Source: Chlorokybus atmophyticus
Taxonomy: Eukaryota > Plantae > Mesostigma and Chlorokybus algae
NCBI GenBank assembly: GCA_009103225.1
Contig: RHPI01000671.1
Location: 617,915 to 681,914 of the forward strand
Direction: 5' to 3'
DNA: 64,000 nucleotides
Below, piece after piece: positions 11,030 to 23,656 of this stretch. Positions within the stretch are counted from its first letter, which is position 1. Every line of letters starts with the position of its first letter. The notes under the pieces are model-generated. The model was given only the letters and a program-made list of their open reading frames with translations. It made no database searches and was not told the DNA's origin. Position numbers and translations under genes: made by a program.

Positions 11030-13900
11030 TGTGTGGTGAGGCACTCTGCATATAGCCACTGCAATCCACAAGGGTTATCCACAAGCTGAAGATGCAGGCA
11101 AGAAAGAGGTTGCTTTATTGTGTGCCACAGATGTGAGCCAGAAAAGGTTGAATCCATTCTCCTCACCTTCCACTATGGCATTGAACAAGGCCTGCGCAAT
11201 AGCAGACGGCTGTCGTGCTCCAATTCTGCATTGGTCGCTGTCGTCGTAGGCGTGGTTTTTGTACAACCCACCAGCCATGCATGCACATTGTGCATCCAGA
11301 CAGCTTGCATGACTGCACACATCACATAGCATGCAGGGGATGATTTGATTACATGACGAAACGGTGTGCAATCACCCACCGACACTATTAAACGTTTTCA
11401 CAATTCTCAAGCGACAACATGCAACCATGTCAGGTTTGTACAGACGCACTTTCGGGGCTATGCAAATTGTGCAAACCACTACTAGTGGTGTGTAGAACAC
11501 ACATATACGCACAAGAAGCAGAATAGTTCGACATCATATAGTCTCATATTCAGACCGTCGCAATAGGCCTCTAACGCATGCTGCACTAGCTTTGGTTACA
11601 GCAAAGGTAATGGCATTTAAGGGCAGAACTTGCCCTCACCGCCTCAACCAGGTCCAGTCACGCTAATCTTAAATAGTTCAAGACTGTCACGCGTATGCCT
11701 GAGCGTGCGTGCCAAAGTGTTTCCTGTATGCACACCCGCCCTGCGTGCGGTACTGTCTTGTAGTCTCTTTTGTAGAAAATGTGGCTCTCCGGACACGTAC
11801 TCGAAATACAAGAAGCACCTTTGTCTGTGCGCATTGCCCAACGAGCAGCGGCGGTTCTGGCATTATTCAGAAGCTAAGCATGGACACTGTCGGAGGCCTA
11901 ATTGTAGTACACTACGTGATCACCGCCAATTGCAAACTCACCATTGGAGGGCTTCCATTTCATATAGGGGTTGAAGCAGTTGCAGTGGCGGGGCTGTGCA
12001 GAGTTGTAAACTACTATACACATATACGCACGGGAAGCAAATTGTATAGTTCAACATCACATAGTCTGTTCTCTAGATTGTAGCAACATGCCTCTAACTG
12101 GTGCTGCAATAGCTTTGGTTACAAGGGAGATAATGGCATCAAACGGCAGAACTTGCCCTTACCGCCTCAGCTAGGTCCACTCAAGCTAATCCTTGGAGAA
12201 GTCCAAGACTGTTACGCGTATGCCTGAGCGTGCGTGCCTATTTGCAGCCTGTATGCACACCCGCCCTGCATACAGTGCTGTCTTGTAAAATCCTGACTGG
12301 CAGTGGTGTTTCTACGGACATACACTTGAAACACCGAAAGCACCATCATGATCTCTCCTGCGTGTTACCCAATGAGCCGTGGCAGTTCGAGCATTAATGA
12401 AAAGCCAATTATATACACTTTCGCAGTTCGGATTGCGATACGCCATGTGGTCGTCGCTTGTTGTAAACTCGCCCTTGGACGGCTTTGTCACTTTTAATCG
12501 AGTTGACAATTGGAGTCGTGGCAATGTTAAGTACATCGTCTGCCTGAGAGTTGGCCTCACCAACAGTCGAACAAGGATTCCTCAACCGCAAACCTTGAAT
12601 ATTGCGACATCAGATGGGGGAAGCGCGAATTTCAAGTCTCAAGGCCGCGCTGCTAACACGGTCGTATACCTGTTGGGGGGCATTGTCTTTATCTCCAAGT
12701 TGCGAGCTGCCAGCTACTGTCTCTCTTGATACCAAGTGGCAAACTCTTACACTTGACACCTTCCATGTGACAGTACAGTAGCTACGTGCCCGTCGCAAAC
12801 CCAATTGGCCCCGTTGCAATACGTGGAAGCAAGATTTGGGGGTGAAGTAGATAGTATGGCATCCTGTGCTGCGGAGCACTGGCTCTCGCGATTGATAAAG
12901 TTCGGCAAAGGACTGCGGTGTGACAGGTGATCCCAGAGTCTCCCACCCCTAGCTTACAACTCCAAGCAATGCTCAAGTCTTATCATTGAGATGTTCGAGA
13001 CATCTTAGTTGAACACGCATCCATCATCACAACCGCCATGACATGCAGCCCGTAATTGTTGATTCCACAGGAGGTCCACAAAAGCCGGTTTTTGCAACTC
13101 GTAGGTCTCGCAATGAGTCAAGGTACATGTATCCGTCTTCAAGTCCCAAACATGGAACCGCAGAGCATCATTGCCATTGGGAGCTCCTTGTAAAAAGAGC
13201 GACACCATGCAATCCCCGCAGAAGCATATTGCACTCAGTCTGCACACATAAGGAAGGAAGCCAGCCGGAGCTAATTCATAATTGCAACAGTGCTCGCGTC
13301 GTTTAAAGTGGTCGTGCATCCAGTTGATGGCAGCTTCCCAGCTGGCATGCCATGAGAACCCAGCTGAGATCGTCATTTTTACGGCGAAAACAATCAAGAA
13401 TATCACGCTAACCAAAAACAATCCACAACTGCTCGGATGCTTTACCGATTTGAAAGGCTGCCCTTCATTGCCTGCACACAAAGGTAATGAAACCCGTTCA
13501 TCAATGCTAATGTCGCGATTACCTATCGTAGTAAAGCAAGTCACCTCTGTCTCTCTTCAATAGAGTCTCGATGCTTGACATAACAGCTCCAGCAAACTCA
13601 ATACTTCTTAGCCCAACATGGAAACTGCAACCGACGAGATAGCCGTCCCAGTTACGACAAAGCACACCTCTTGCAGGGTACACAACAAACATTACAAACT
13701 GCATGCAAGCACCGCTTCAGGATGACATCAACTATCATCGCGACACACCACAGCAAAATATAATTGTGAAAGAAAACGCGTGTAAGACTACTTACACACA
13801 AACGAAACTCACCTGCACACGGTGGCTGCAACGGCAGCCGTCCCGGCCCCGATCAGTGCAAAGATGTGCTCTAGGCAGCTGGTAGCTCGCTCCAGCGTAA
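11030..13900 (-). pseudogene. F-box protein gene, copy 2, pseudogenised, with an internal ~530-bp duplication
   Basis: F-box exon 13894-13813 reads WSELP-[4-nt deletion near 13878]-CLEHIFALIGAGTAAVAATVCR with a gtgagt donor at the same position as copy 1. In-frame TGA at 13557-13559. Blocks such as FHVWDLKTDTCTLTHCETYEL and KPSKGEFTTS match copy 1. About 11460-11970 is repeated at about 11990-12500. Confidence 0.62.
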
Positions 13901-14422
13901 GATGCTCCAGCAAAAGCTAGCCTTCGCCCCCGCCTCCTCCGGACTTTGCGAGCAAGGCTAGCAATGCACCGGTCATCCCTAGCTCAACTGCATGTGATCA
14001 CTACTAAACGTACACATGTACGGCCTCAGCTTAACCACATTGCACGGAGCTGAGCTGAGCGGAGCTGCGCCAAGCTTGGCGACCCAGCCTCCGGCTCCCG
14101 CAATGCCTCCCGTGCTGCCTACCCGCCGCCGCCGCCGCCGCCGTCGCTCCACCCATTAATGTTGAGGCTACCTCTGACTCTAGCTGCCAACCATGCAGCT
14201 TAGCTTTGAGCTTGAGCCTCCCTGCTTCCGCCACCTCCACCTTCGCCGCCTATACCGCTGCCGGAATGTCATGCGATGCATTGTGCCTTGCCGCTGTGCC
14301 TGGCGCATGCACAGTAGAGTTCAACGGCACATTCATGCTTTGCTTGTTCAAGTGCGTAGGGTGTAGCAATCAAACATGGCATACCATGCAATAAACGATG
14401 GGTGATACAGCAAAGTGAGGAA

Positions 14423-15180
14423 GGCTTGCGACAGTAGCCGGTAAGGTGCCGACATGTTGACCGTTTAACCGGTCAAATGCTTAGCTCCACATGCCAGTTC
14501 ATGTGCCTGCGGCACCGATGTCATCATCGGCGACGACGGCGGCCAAGGCGGCGGCAGCGGCGATGAGGCCAAGGCGGCGCGTTCCAACGTGGTCTAGGCA
14601 ACCAGGCCAGGATAGGCCAGGATAGGCGAGGGCCAGGACCAGGCTAGGATAGGCGAGCGGTGAGGCCAATGCGGCGGTGAGACCAAAGCGGCGCATTCCA
14701 GCGTGGTCTAGGCAACCAGGTCTGGATAGGCCAGGATAGGCGAGGTCCAAGACCAGGCCAAAGCACTAGCCGACCAGGCACAGGCTTGGCCAAGCCAAGG
14801 CGGCGGCCAGGCTCGCAGGTGGGTGCCATGCCTTTGCTTGTAAATCGTATAAGCAACATCCCCCCCNGGCTTGCGACGCTAGCCGGCAAGGTGCCGGCAT
14901 GTTGACCGTTTGATTGGTCGATTGCCCCCGCAGCTCACGTGCCCGTAGCACCGGCGGCGGCGGCGGCGGCGGAGGCCAAGGCGGCGCGTTCCAGCGTGGT
15001 CCATGCAACCAGGCGGAGGCGTGGCCAATTGGGCGCAGACGGAGGCCAGGCGAGGGCGGCAACCAGGCCAAAGCACTGGCCGACCAGGCGCAGGCCAGGC
15101 CAAGCCAGGGTGGCGGCCAGGCCGGCAGGTGAGTGCCATGCCTTGTAAAACGCATAAGCAGCATTCACCCCCCCCTCCCC
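14423..15180. repeat. CpG-rich complex repeat: two diverged ~445-bp/310-bp modules rich in CCAGG pentamers
   Basis: ggcttgcgac..tagccgg.aaggtgccg.catgttgaccgttt at 14423 and 14868; recurring ggccaaggcggcgcgttcca.cgtggtc and ccaggccaaagcact.gccgaccagg units; a single n at 14867 sits at the junction. Confidence 0.8.
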
Positions 15181-16704
15181 TGGCGCCCTCCCGCACGCGC
15201 TTGCACACACGCATGCACGCCACCAAAGTGCACACATGTTTTTGCGTACACACAGGGCACTGCACGCACGCACATGTACGCACGCACACACATAGTTACA
15301 GCGACAATGCACGCACACAGAGGCACGTTTTGATGCACACAAGCGCACGCAAATAAACCGCACATGCACAAGCATGCGAGCGCGCACACACAGGTTGGTA
15401 GTAGCTGTACTAGTAATTTCATTCACATTAGCACCCACCCACCCCCACCCACATATGTATGATACATATGTGTTGACATTCTACACAAAGCAACTACTGC
15501 ATTGCTGTTGTTGTATTAATTTCAAACAAGTATTGTGAACGCAGGCATACGGATGGCCTCAAAGTTGAGGATCCGGAACATTCGACATTACCAAATAATA
15601 GTGATAACATTAAATACTTGTATGTTGGAAAATGCCCTCGGTTGTGGCCTGGTAATGCAATGAACTTGCAACTCCCGTTTATGTCAAGCTATTAAATTAT
15701 ATGAAGCATGAGTAAGGTCAGGTTGGGCTGGAAGTGGTGAGAATTGCGTATGATTAGGAAGGTTTTTAGCTTTTGTTATTGATGATGCAAATGGGATGGG
15801 TTGCAATTGCTACTCCGTGACAGTCACGCTACACGGGGCTATTTGTTAAGGCTTATATATGCCGCACACTACTCTTAACTTTTACAATAATAAAAATAAA
15901 AATTGCTACATTCAAACCTTTCAAGGCTCATGTGTATCCATTACACGTGAGCCACTTGTATAAAGGGGGGGAGGGGGAGTTTCTGTCCCTCGGTTTCATT
16001 ATTTAACCGGAGCAAAACGGCTTATTTGTTCAGCATTTGCAGCTAATAGCGGTCGCGTCATGACATGAAGCCGGTCGACTGCCAGACTCATCGCGGTCGA
16101 CCGTCATTAGGCCGTTCGATGACATAAAGCGAACGGTGGTGGTACACGCTGCCGCGCGATGCACCCAGTCATCTGGAGGCGTCGCGACCAACGACGTGGG
16201 CGCGCCGCGCTGCAGCAACCCCTACTCACGACTCCTAACAAGCCTTCCTAATGAGATCATGTCGATAGCAAACCAACAAAGCATAACCAACATTACAGCA
16301 CTACAACTGCACTAGCCCAAAGAGGCCTGCTCGGCTAAGCGCGTGCGGCAAAACGTGAACAAGTTTCACAGAGTGCGTGCAGCGGTCTTCTCCGATTCCA
16401 GTACTAGTATAGTAGTGTGAACTTTGGCGCTTGCGCACTCTTTTGTGAGCTAGCGCTGCAGAGCGACTGGTAATGAGTGGTTATGTACACTGCTACGCCC
16501 CGGCACCACCGTCACTGCATCTGCTTGTGTTGATTGTTGGCACTAGCCTTGGCACATACAGCAATCGCTGCACATGAAAGAGCCTCAACTGGGTGTCTGA
16601 CTCACGTCCCAAGTGCAATCATCATTACCTCTCAAAGTGTCAATACCTGGTCACAAGTGCAACAATCCCCTCGCAGCAGCATAGCAAAATGCAACACCCA
16701 GCCT

Positions 16705-17600
16705 CTAATAAAACACCGCTAAAAGTGCCGCTAAGCTGAACACGCAGCCGCCGATCATGACACCCCACGGCGTGCCCACATCGCGCACCCACGCACCCCA
16801 CCCCAACTCTTTCCCTTCACCCGCGCGCAGTCTCAAGTGTATGGTCACGGGCAGGATGTAACACACCAAACACACGGCCGTGGCGCCCGTCACGTTGAAC
16901 AGCACTTCGGCCTGCGGGACTTCCACGGCCACGACGAGGCTGGCGAGTATGGGGATGATGGTGATGGTGGCGTGGCGCAACGGGTTGAATGCGGCAGCGC
17001 GCCCAACGAGCAACTCCTCCAGCGTGAAGCGCAGCGCGAACATCACCGGCGGGTACGCTATTGCCACGTATATGACAGTGGCGGCGTCCAGTACCGCTGC
17101 CCACCTACCCTGCACGACACAAGCACACAACAGTTGCATCAGTACAGATAGCATACTGTACACAACACTCGTGTGTCCACATAAGTGCGGGGTTGGAGCT
17201 GCCATGAAACCCGACTACGACATCATGGCAACCAACACTGCAGCAAGCAATACAGCATTCCGCACACACATGCACGCATCCACCCCACCTTATACATCGC
17301 CATTATATCTCCTTGCGTCTCCTGTCCAAACTGCATGAACCCGAACGCTCCGATCACCACATACACTCCCGTGCACAGCGCATACGTGGCTACTAACGCC
17401 CGTTTGAGTGCCTTTCTCCCGACGCGGCCAGGTGGCATCTCTCTACTCAAAGGCAACAACGCGGGCTGCAGGTAGAACGCGTAACCGACGATGCCGATGG
17501 CCTGAGGGGCCCGAGCGTCGAAGTGCCAGAGGACGGAGGGGGAGAAGGAGAAGGAGGGGAGGCCGGCGCGGATGGCGCTGAAGACAACCTGGGCGGGGGA

Positions 17601-17633
<33 letters not shown>

Positions 17634-19952
17634 NNNNNNNNNNNNNNNNNNNNNNNNNNNNNNNNNNNNNNNNNNNNNNNNNNNNNNNNNNNNNNNNNNN
17701 NNNNNNNNNNNNNNNNNNNNNNNNNNNNNNNNNNNNNNNNNNNNNNNNNNNNNNNNNNNNNNNNNNNNNNNNNNNNNNNNNNNNNNNNNNNNNNNNNNNN
17801 NNNNNNNNNNNNNNNNNNNNNNNNNNNNNNNNNNNNNNNNNNNNNNNNNNNNNNNNNNNNNNNNNNNNNNNNNNNNNNNNNNNNNNNNNNNNNNNNNNNN
17901 NNNNNNNNNNNNNNNNNNNNNNNNNNNNNNNNNNNNNNNNNNNNNNNNNNNNNNNNNNNNNNNNNNNNNNNNNNNNNNNNNNNNNNNNNNNNNNNNNNNN
18001 NNNNNNNNNNNNNNNNNNGGGGTCCGCGTGTCCGCGCGTGCGCATGCGCGTGTGCCTCTGCGTGCGTGCGTGTGTGTGCGTGAGTATACGCATTGCTGCA
18101 AACACTGTACGCGTAGGTATAGCTGCTGTATGCACACAAGCACGAGGCAACACCGACACGTGTTTGTGAGGTTTGCGATACCCAGATTGTGATACATCAA
18201 CAGTTGTGGAGGGACTGAAATGGATGGCACGCACCTGTCCTGCTATGATGAAAACAACAACAACAGACAGCGCGCCAGCATACTGGAGCGAATCCAAGCG
18301 TCTGTACAGAGACATCGGCACCAGCAGCACCGCCGTGATGCAGCACAGCAGCCTGGCGCCACTTTCGTGCCCTGCATGCAAGCGCATGTGAAGCTGTGCT
18401 ACACACACACATGCACGCACACACGCACACACATACGCGCAGGTGCACGTGCACACGCATGAACCCAAAAACCCATAATCATCTTCAGATGCAACATCCA
18501 GTTGGTGTTGTTAGTGTGTTGCATGCTTGCCTGGCGGGCCGAGTGCGAGCTCTCGCCACTCCCCTTTGTGCAGAATCTCCTGCCCTGCCCTCCTCGCCAC
18601 ATCCGCTGTCACCGCCATGTTCCCACAACTGATCCAGATTAACCAACATACACACAAAAGCAACCATGTTATACTTGATGAACTGTGAGAGGCATGCACG
18701 CATTGAGCAAACACACAACTTGAAGGACACCAGCAAACATTCACAGGCTGCTCACAAGAGGATATGCATAAGACAAGCCAATCAGAAAGGTGAAACCTTT
18801 CAACTAACACACGAACCAATACACTCTCATGCAACACCCAACAAACACCCCAACAACAAGGACACAAACACACACTCCCCCCACCTCGTTCCAAACAGCA
18901 GCAGCACCAGGCTAATCTGCGCGAGCAGTCTCAGGTGTTTCCCTCCAGCGAGTAGCGACAGGTCCTCGTAGGACGCGCACCGCGGTGTGGCGTGGCTCAG
19001 GAGGAGGCGAGAGGTGTAGTAGTTGGCGGACGCTACGCAGACGGTCACCAGCGTCGCGAGGATGAGACCGGAGCACGCGAAGGCGTAGGGGACGGGGAGG
19101 ATGGAGGAACCCATCTGCGAGCGGGTGCATGTGGGAATTGGTGTAGCTGTCACGTGTGAGAGCACGTGCGTATGCATGTGCGTGTATGTGCGCGGCGCAC
19201 GTGTGCAAGTGTGCATGTGCGCAGGTGCATAAGTGACAACAACCAAGTGTAACGCTGCAGCTGAACACAGGTGAGAGCAGAACTACAGGCAAGGAGCGCA
19301 ACTTTTGAAAGAGCCCCCATCTGCAATCAATATAGTTGGTGCTGTACTAACCATATGTCAAGCACGCTCTCAAATTGCTTACTGTCAATGTGATTATGAA
19401 CTATATAAATGAAATGTTACAGCACAATCCTTTGTATCCATGTTTGTCATCAACCAGGTGCTAACTTGCATTATAGCTGAGGAGCTTGCTCTGCAAGCTG
19501 AGGAGCTTGCATAGTGCAGGCATCCGATTGCTGTCAAATCACGCAAGCTACTGGAATGCATCCGTTTGCATGCTTGCAATTCAAACCACCACAACGTACC
19601 ACCACAAAATGATTACAAGCTGTAAGGCTTGCAATTTCGATCCAACTGCATTGTGCTTGAATCAAGAGCACGAAGGCGATACCAGAAACAGGGAGAGGGT
19701 AGTGAACCCTGCGAAGAAGGCGGATCCGGTAGCGTGCTCGACATGCTCGGCGTCTTTGAGGAGCGGTGAGAGGAGCGCATCCTCCGCCGAGGTGACCCGC
19801 GTGATGGCGTCGCCGCCATGGTGGTGGTGGAAGGCCGCAGGCGGAGGCACCGTCAGCCTGGGGGGTCTAGCGAAATCAGCGCCACAGCCACTGGCCTCCT
19901 CGGCGTCATCCACCTCCGTGTCCCCATCGCCGCCGCCGCCGCCGCCGGGCAT
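16705..19952 (-). CDS. Amino-acid transporter, AAAP/Aa_trans family (SLC38/AVT6-like)
   Basis: Exons: MPGGGGGG...ATGSAFFAGFTTLS; MGSSILPVPYAFACSGLILATL...SYEDLSLLAGGKHLRLLAQISLVLLLFGT; LVPMSLYRRLDSLQYAG; AIGIVGYAFYLQPALLPL; VTGATAVCLVCYILP...AVFY*. Multiple TM helices with the family GxxILxxP and Y..L motifs. One intron contains an N gap. Confidence 0.88.
17603..18018. other. (GT)n microsatellite running into an assembly gap (N 17634-18018)
   Basis: gtgtgt... 17603-17633 followed by n run. Confidence 0.97.
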
Positions 19953-20710
19953 TTGGCTAGCGAACACACAGCCCCTGGCCTGGTCTGGTCTGGTCCGGTC
20001 AGGTTGCTCAGCGCCAAACAAGGTCGATGAAACTTGGGAAATGTGTGTTTGCAAGCGCTGCCCTGCTGCAGGAGTCATGCCTGGGCTGAAATGAACCAAT
20101 CACGGATGACTCTTTGGTTGCTGATGGCAGTGTATTGTGCATTGGCAGCCCAACTGGCAGAAAAAGCAGTGAATGTAGGGGCAGTGCACGCGTCCTTTTC
20201 GAGAAACAAGGTACAGTGTTACACTGCTGCATAAGGTGCGCAATTCAGTACTGCCAATTGCATGTGCAGCGCCTGTATTGTGGGGTGTTGCACTCTGCGC
20301 ACATATGTGCGTACGAAATCCCTCGCCGTTCTTTTGTACACAGCAACAAATGACTCTACACAAATGGAGTGCTTGATTTGTCTGTCTGCTGCTGCTCTCA
20401 CAGCCGCACACATTTCCGTCTCGCATTGATTGTACACATAACTCATTGTCGGTCACATCACATGTTGCACTTGAGCACACAGCGCAGCAACTGTCGCTGT
20501 GAACTTATCCTAAAGAACTCAAAGACCTCAAAGACTCACATCTTAAGAAACACGGGAGACAGCAACGACACAAATTGCTCATTACGCCTTATCGAAAGCG
20601 CAAAGAATGTGTTGAGACACCATACAGCACTGGCAACCACTACTGGACGCACACTCGCATGCGACACAGATGTACACTAACGCACTTCACAAACTGGTTT
20701 ATTTCTTCAC

Positions 20711-23557
20711 TCAAGTTGTGGCACCCTGGCAGCTAGAGCCCGCGCCGGCAGTGCATCCGAAGCAGTGGTTGTCGACGGCCACTCGCGCGGCGGTCAGGTC
20801 ATCCAGTGACTCGAGGTCAAAGACGGTCTTGCGGGATGACGTGACGCCAATCGCGAGCTGCTGGTTGAAGTCGCAGTCGTATATGCGGCCGTCCCAACCC
20901 ACGCTTATAGTGTCCCGGCACATGAGGCCCTGCGTAGCCGCCGCGTTGAAGCTGTCCACCTGCATTCGTACCAAGTCAGTTCTACAACCTTGGCAGCATA
21001 CTATTATGACAGAGTGTGTGAGCGCAGGCCTGTGCATGTGCGCGCCTGCGCGTATGCAAGTGCATACATCAACGATCACGTGAAACACACCCAAGTGCAA
21101 CGAGAATTCATGCGCACATAAAAGAGGCGGCAGAACTAACGATGACAGTGTGCATACCAGCAGCTGCATGTAGGACTCCATCTTCCCCTCTCTGTGCAAG
21201 TAGTCCGCGTAGCGCTTTATGGGCATGTTGGTGATGGTAAAGAGGCCGTTGAACTCAATCCCAAAGTGAACCATCAACTCCTCTTTGTACTGCTGTTGCA
21301 GGACTTCCTGCGAAGGTGGCAAGAAAGCGCCATTCGGGTTGTAAACCAGATCCAGCTGCAAGCCTGTACCCTCCTTGCCGTATCCGAGCTTGTTGAGATC
21401 TAATAAAGCCTGTGCGCGTGTACTCGCGATAAGTATTGTCACAACAACTTCTCAAAGGCATGACTACGATGTGCCTGATTGCTACCTGTATGCTTTTCTC
21501 AAAGACGCCTCGGCCGCGCTGCTGGTCAACATTCTTGGCGGAATAGCAAGGCAGCGACGCCACTATCCTCACACCATTGTTGGCCAAGAACTGTGCAAGA
21601 TCCTGAACACAAGCAAGTGTCATGTAGGTTGCAAAACAGCACACGCCAACCCATGTACATTTGTTGTTTAACCAACATGCGGCAAACATCTGTAGCGACT
21701 TCAGACGACATGCCATGAACATGTGGAGAAGTAAATGGGACGCTATGGTACGGTCCTCAAGTTGCGGGTACCTCCTGGCCAGGCTCGAAGAGCACTGTCA
21801 AGTTGCAACGGTCTATTACTTGCTTTCCCCGCTTGCGAACCTCTGTGACAAGATACCTGCAGCCCCAGCGACAACATCACCACTTCTGATGCCGCACATT
21901 GACAGACTAGAGACCACCAAGGAGATGAACAGGCCCTTGTGATCGGTCATGCTCCACAAGAGCAGCATACAGTCAAGACAGGGAAGCAAGAAATGACGCG
22001 TGCATACACAGATGACCATTAACATGCAGGGGTCGCGAAACACAACATCAGTGAGCGCAAACCTGAAGTTCGGGCTAAGTTCAGGTGCACCGCCAGTTAC
22101 GTCGACTACCTCAACTGATGGGCTTTCATCCAACAGGCGCAGCTGCCAGCAAGAAGCTCAGGTGCAACACTTGTGTTGAAAAAGAAAACTGCAGGGGGTA
22201 TGACTTGCAACAGCTGATGCAAGGCATCAGTTGCACCTTGATGCCAAGATGCTCAAACCAAAAGCTGGCTCAACTTACACAACGATCAACTACTGCTTTG
22301 TCCATCATCTCCGTGCGCAGCGGGCTGGACTCCACATGGCAGTGGCTGCAGGCTTGATTGCAGTATAACCCAACGTTGAGCTGTAAGATCTTGCAAGGAC
22401 TGCGCAGTATCCTCTCGACACCCTGCGCATGTTTGACTTGTCATCTACAATGACTACAGCTGGAGGCCTGGCGAAACTTAATGAACACTTGATACACAAG
22501 CGCGCGTGTAACTCCAACTCTCACTCGCTCGTCTAGAAATTGATTAAAGTGTGGGACATTCATCTTGTCAAGTGCTCGCCGCCTTCGCTTGCGCTCCTCT
22601 GCCGTCAGCTTTTCCTGTGAAGGAGTTACACGCCTGAGGGAGAGGACCAGAAGGTCACAAGTCCACCACCAGAAGCAACGAAGAATTGATGCTTGCACAG
22701 CAGACACTTGCAGGCTTCTGACATACATAGACGGCAGTGCACGCCAAAAATAAATATGTAAGTGAGCAACTCATAGCATTACGGTGAGTTAAGCACTGGG
22801 ATATAGCGAGTGGCTGAACAGTGCAAGCGAGGCAACACTGCTGAGCAACTTGAATTCCAGTACCTGTCCGTGTATTCGCAGGTTCTCCTGCGCCTCCTTG
22901 AACAGCTCGTCGGTCTCCATCTCCTTAAGGGTGTCTGGAATCAGTGACCCCTACCAAGTTTGTCACAACATGTCAATGAGCGCAACAGGCTCGCTTACAA
23001 GTTGCACGCGCATCAGCGTGCGCTTAGACATGCTACATAGCACAAGTAGTGAACACACAACATGCCGCAGCCTTCGCACATGTGTGTGTGTGTGTGTGTG
23101 TTGTATACAGATGTTATTTTCAAGTATATGTCAACAGCTGCAAGCCAGCACAGCTTGAACGCAGGCGACAGCTGTTGCATGCGTTCAAGCTATGCTGGCT
23201 TGACGGTTGAAATCACGCAACATGGCCGAGCAACTAGTCCTGCTAACTAACCGCTAGAACTAACTAGGCGATCAAGCATGCCAATCTGCTCTTGAAGCAC
23301 GCTAGACGCACCTGTGTGCGCTCCCTCATCGCCTGAGCATCCAACGCCTGCGCTTCACTGCGGGCGGTGGCGGTGGCAGCTGAATTTCGTCTGCGTGTGT
23401 GCCTACCACTAAAGCAACTGCTACCACTGCTTCTACCACAGCTACGCCATGATGAAGCACGCCCTGGAGGCCTGTGCCGCAATAGAGACGACACCCCAGC
23501 TCCAGCGCCAGCTCCTCCCGCCGCCAACCCTGCCGCCGCCGCCGCCACCGCCGCCAT
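20711..23557 (-). CDS. arsS: Arsenosugar-biosynthesis radical SAM protein ArsS (radical SAM/Cys-rich, DUF3641-type C-terminus) with N-terminal organellar-targeting-like extension
   Basis: Exons give LQLNVGLYCNQACSHCHVESSP (CxxxCxxC); VVDVTGGAPELSPNFR; IDRCNLTVLFEPGQEDLAQFLANNGVRIVASLPCYSAKNVDQQRGRGVFEKSI; LDLVYNPNGAFLPP; FTITNMPIKRY; LMCRDTISVGWDGRIYDCDFNQQL; HCFGCTAGAGSSCQGA. These match the ArsS family signatures as I know them. N-terminus is Ala/Ser/Arg-rich. Confidence 0.87.
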
Positions 23558-23656
23558 GATTGCAGTAAGCTAAGCGCAGCTTAGCTCAGCTCAGCTCAGC
23601 TCAGCTCACTGCAGCTGAGCTGAGCTGAGTGAAAGTGAGCTGCATTGTTGAGCAAC
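23558..23656. promoter_or_regulatory. 99-bp divergent spacer between arsS and SDR start codons, made of inverted (AGCTC)n/(GAGCT)n pentamers
   Basis: gcagcttagctcagctcagctcagctcagctcactgcagctgagctgagctgagtgaaagtgagctgc lies between CAT (23555-23557) and ATG (23657). Confidence 0.8.

Noticed and set aside
20711-20770. Possible selenocysteine in ArsS (some bacterial homologues are selenoproteins)
   Set aside because: The C-terminal motif codons are TGC (Cys) and the TGA follows the normal end of the domain (SCQGATT*).
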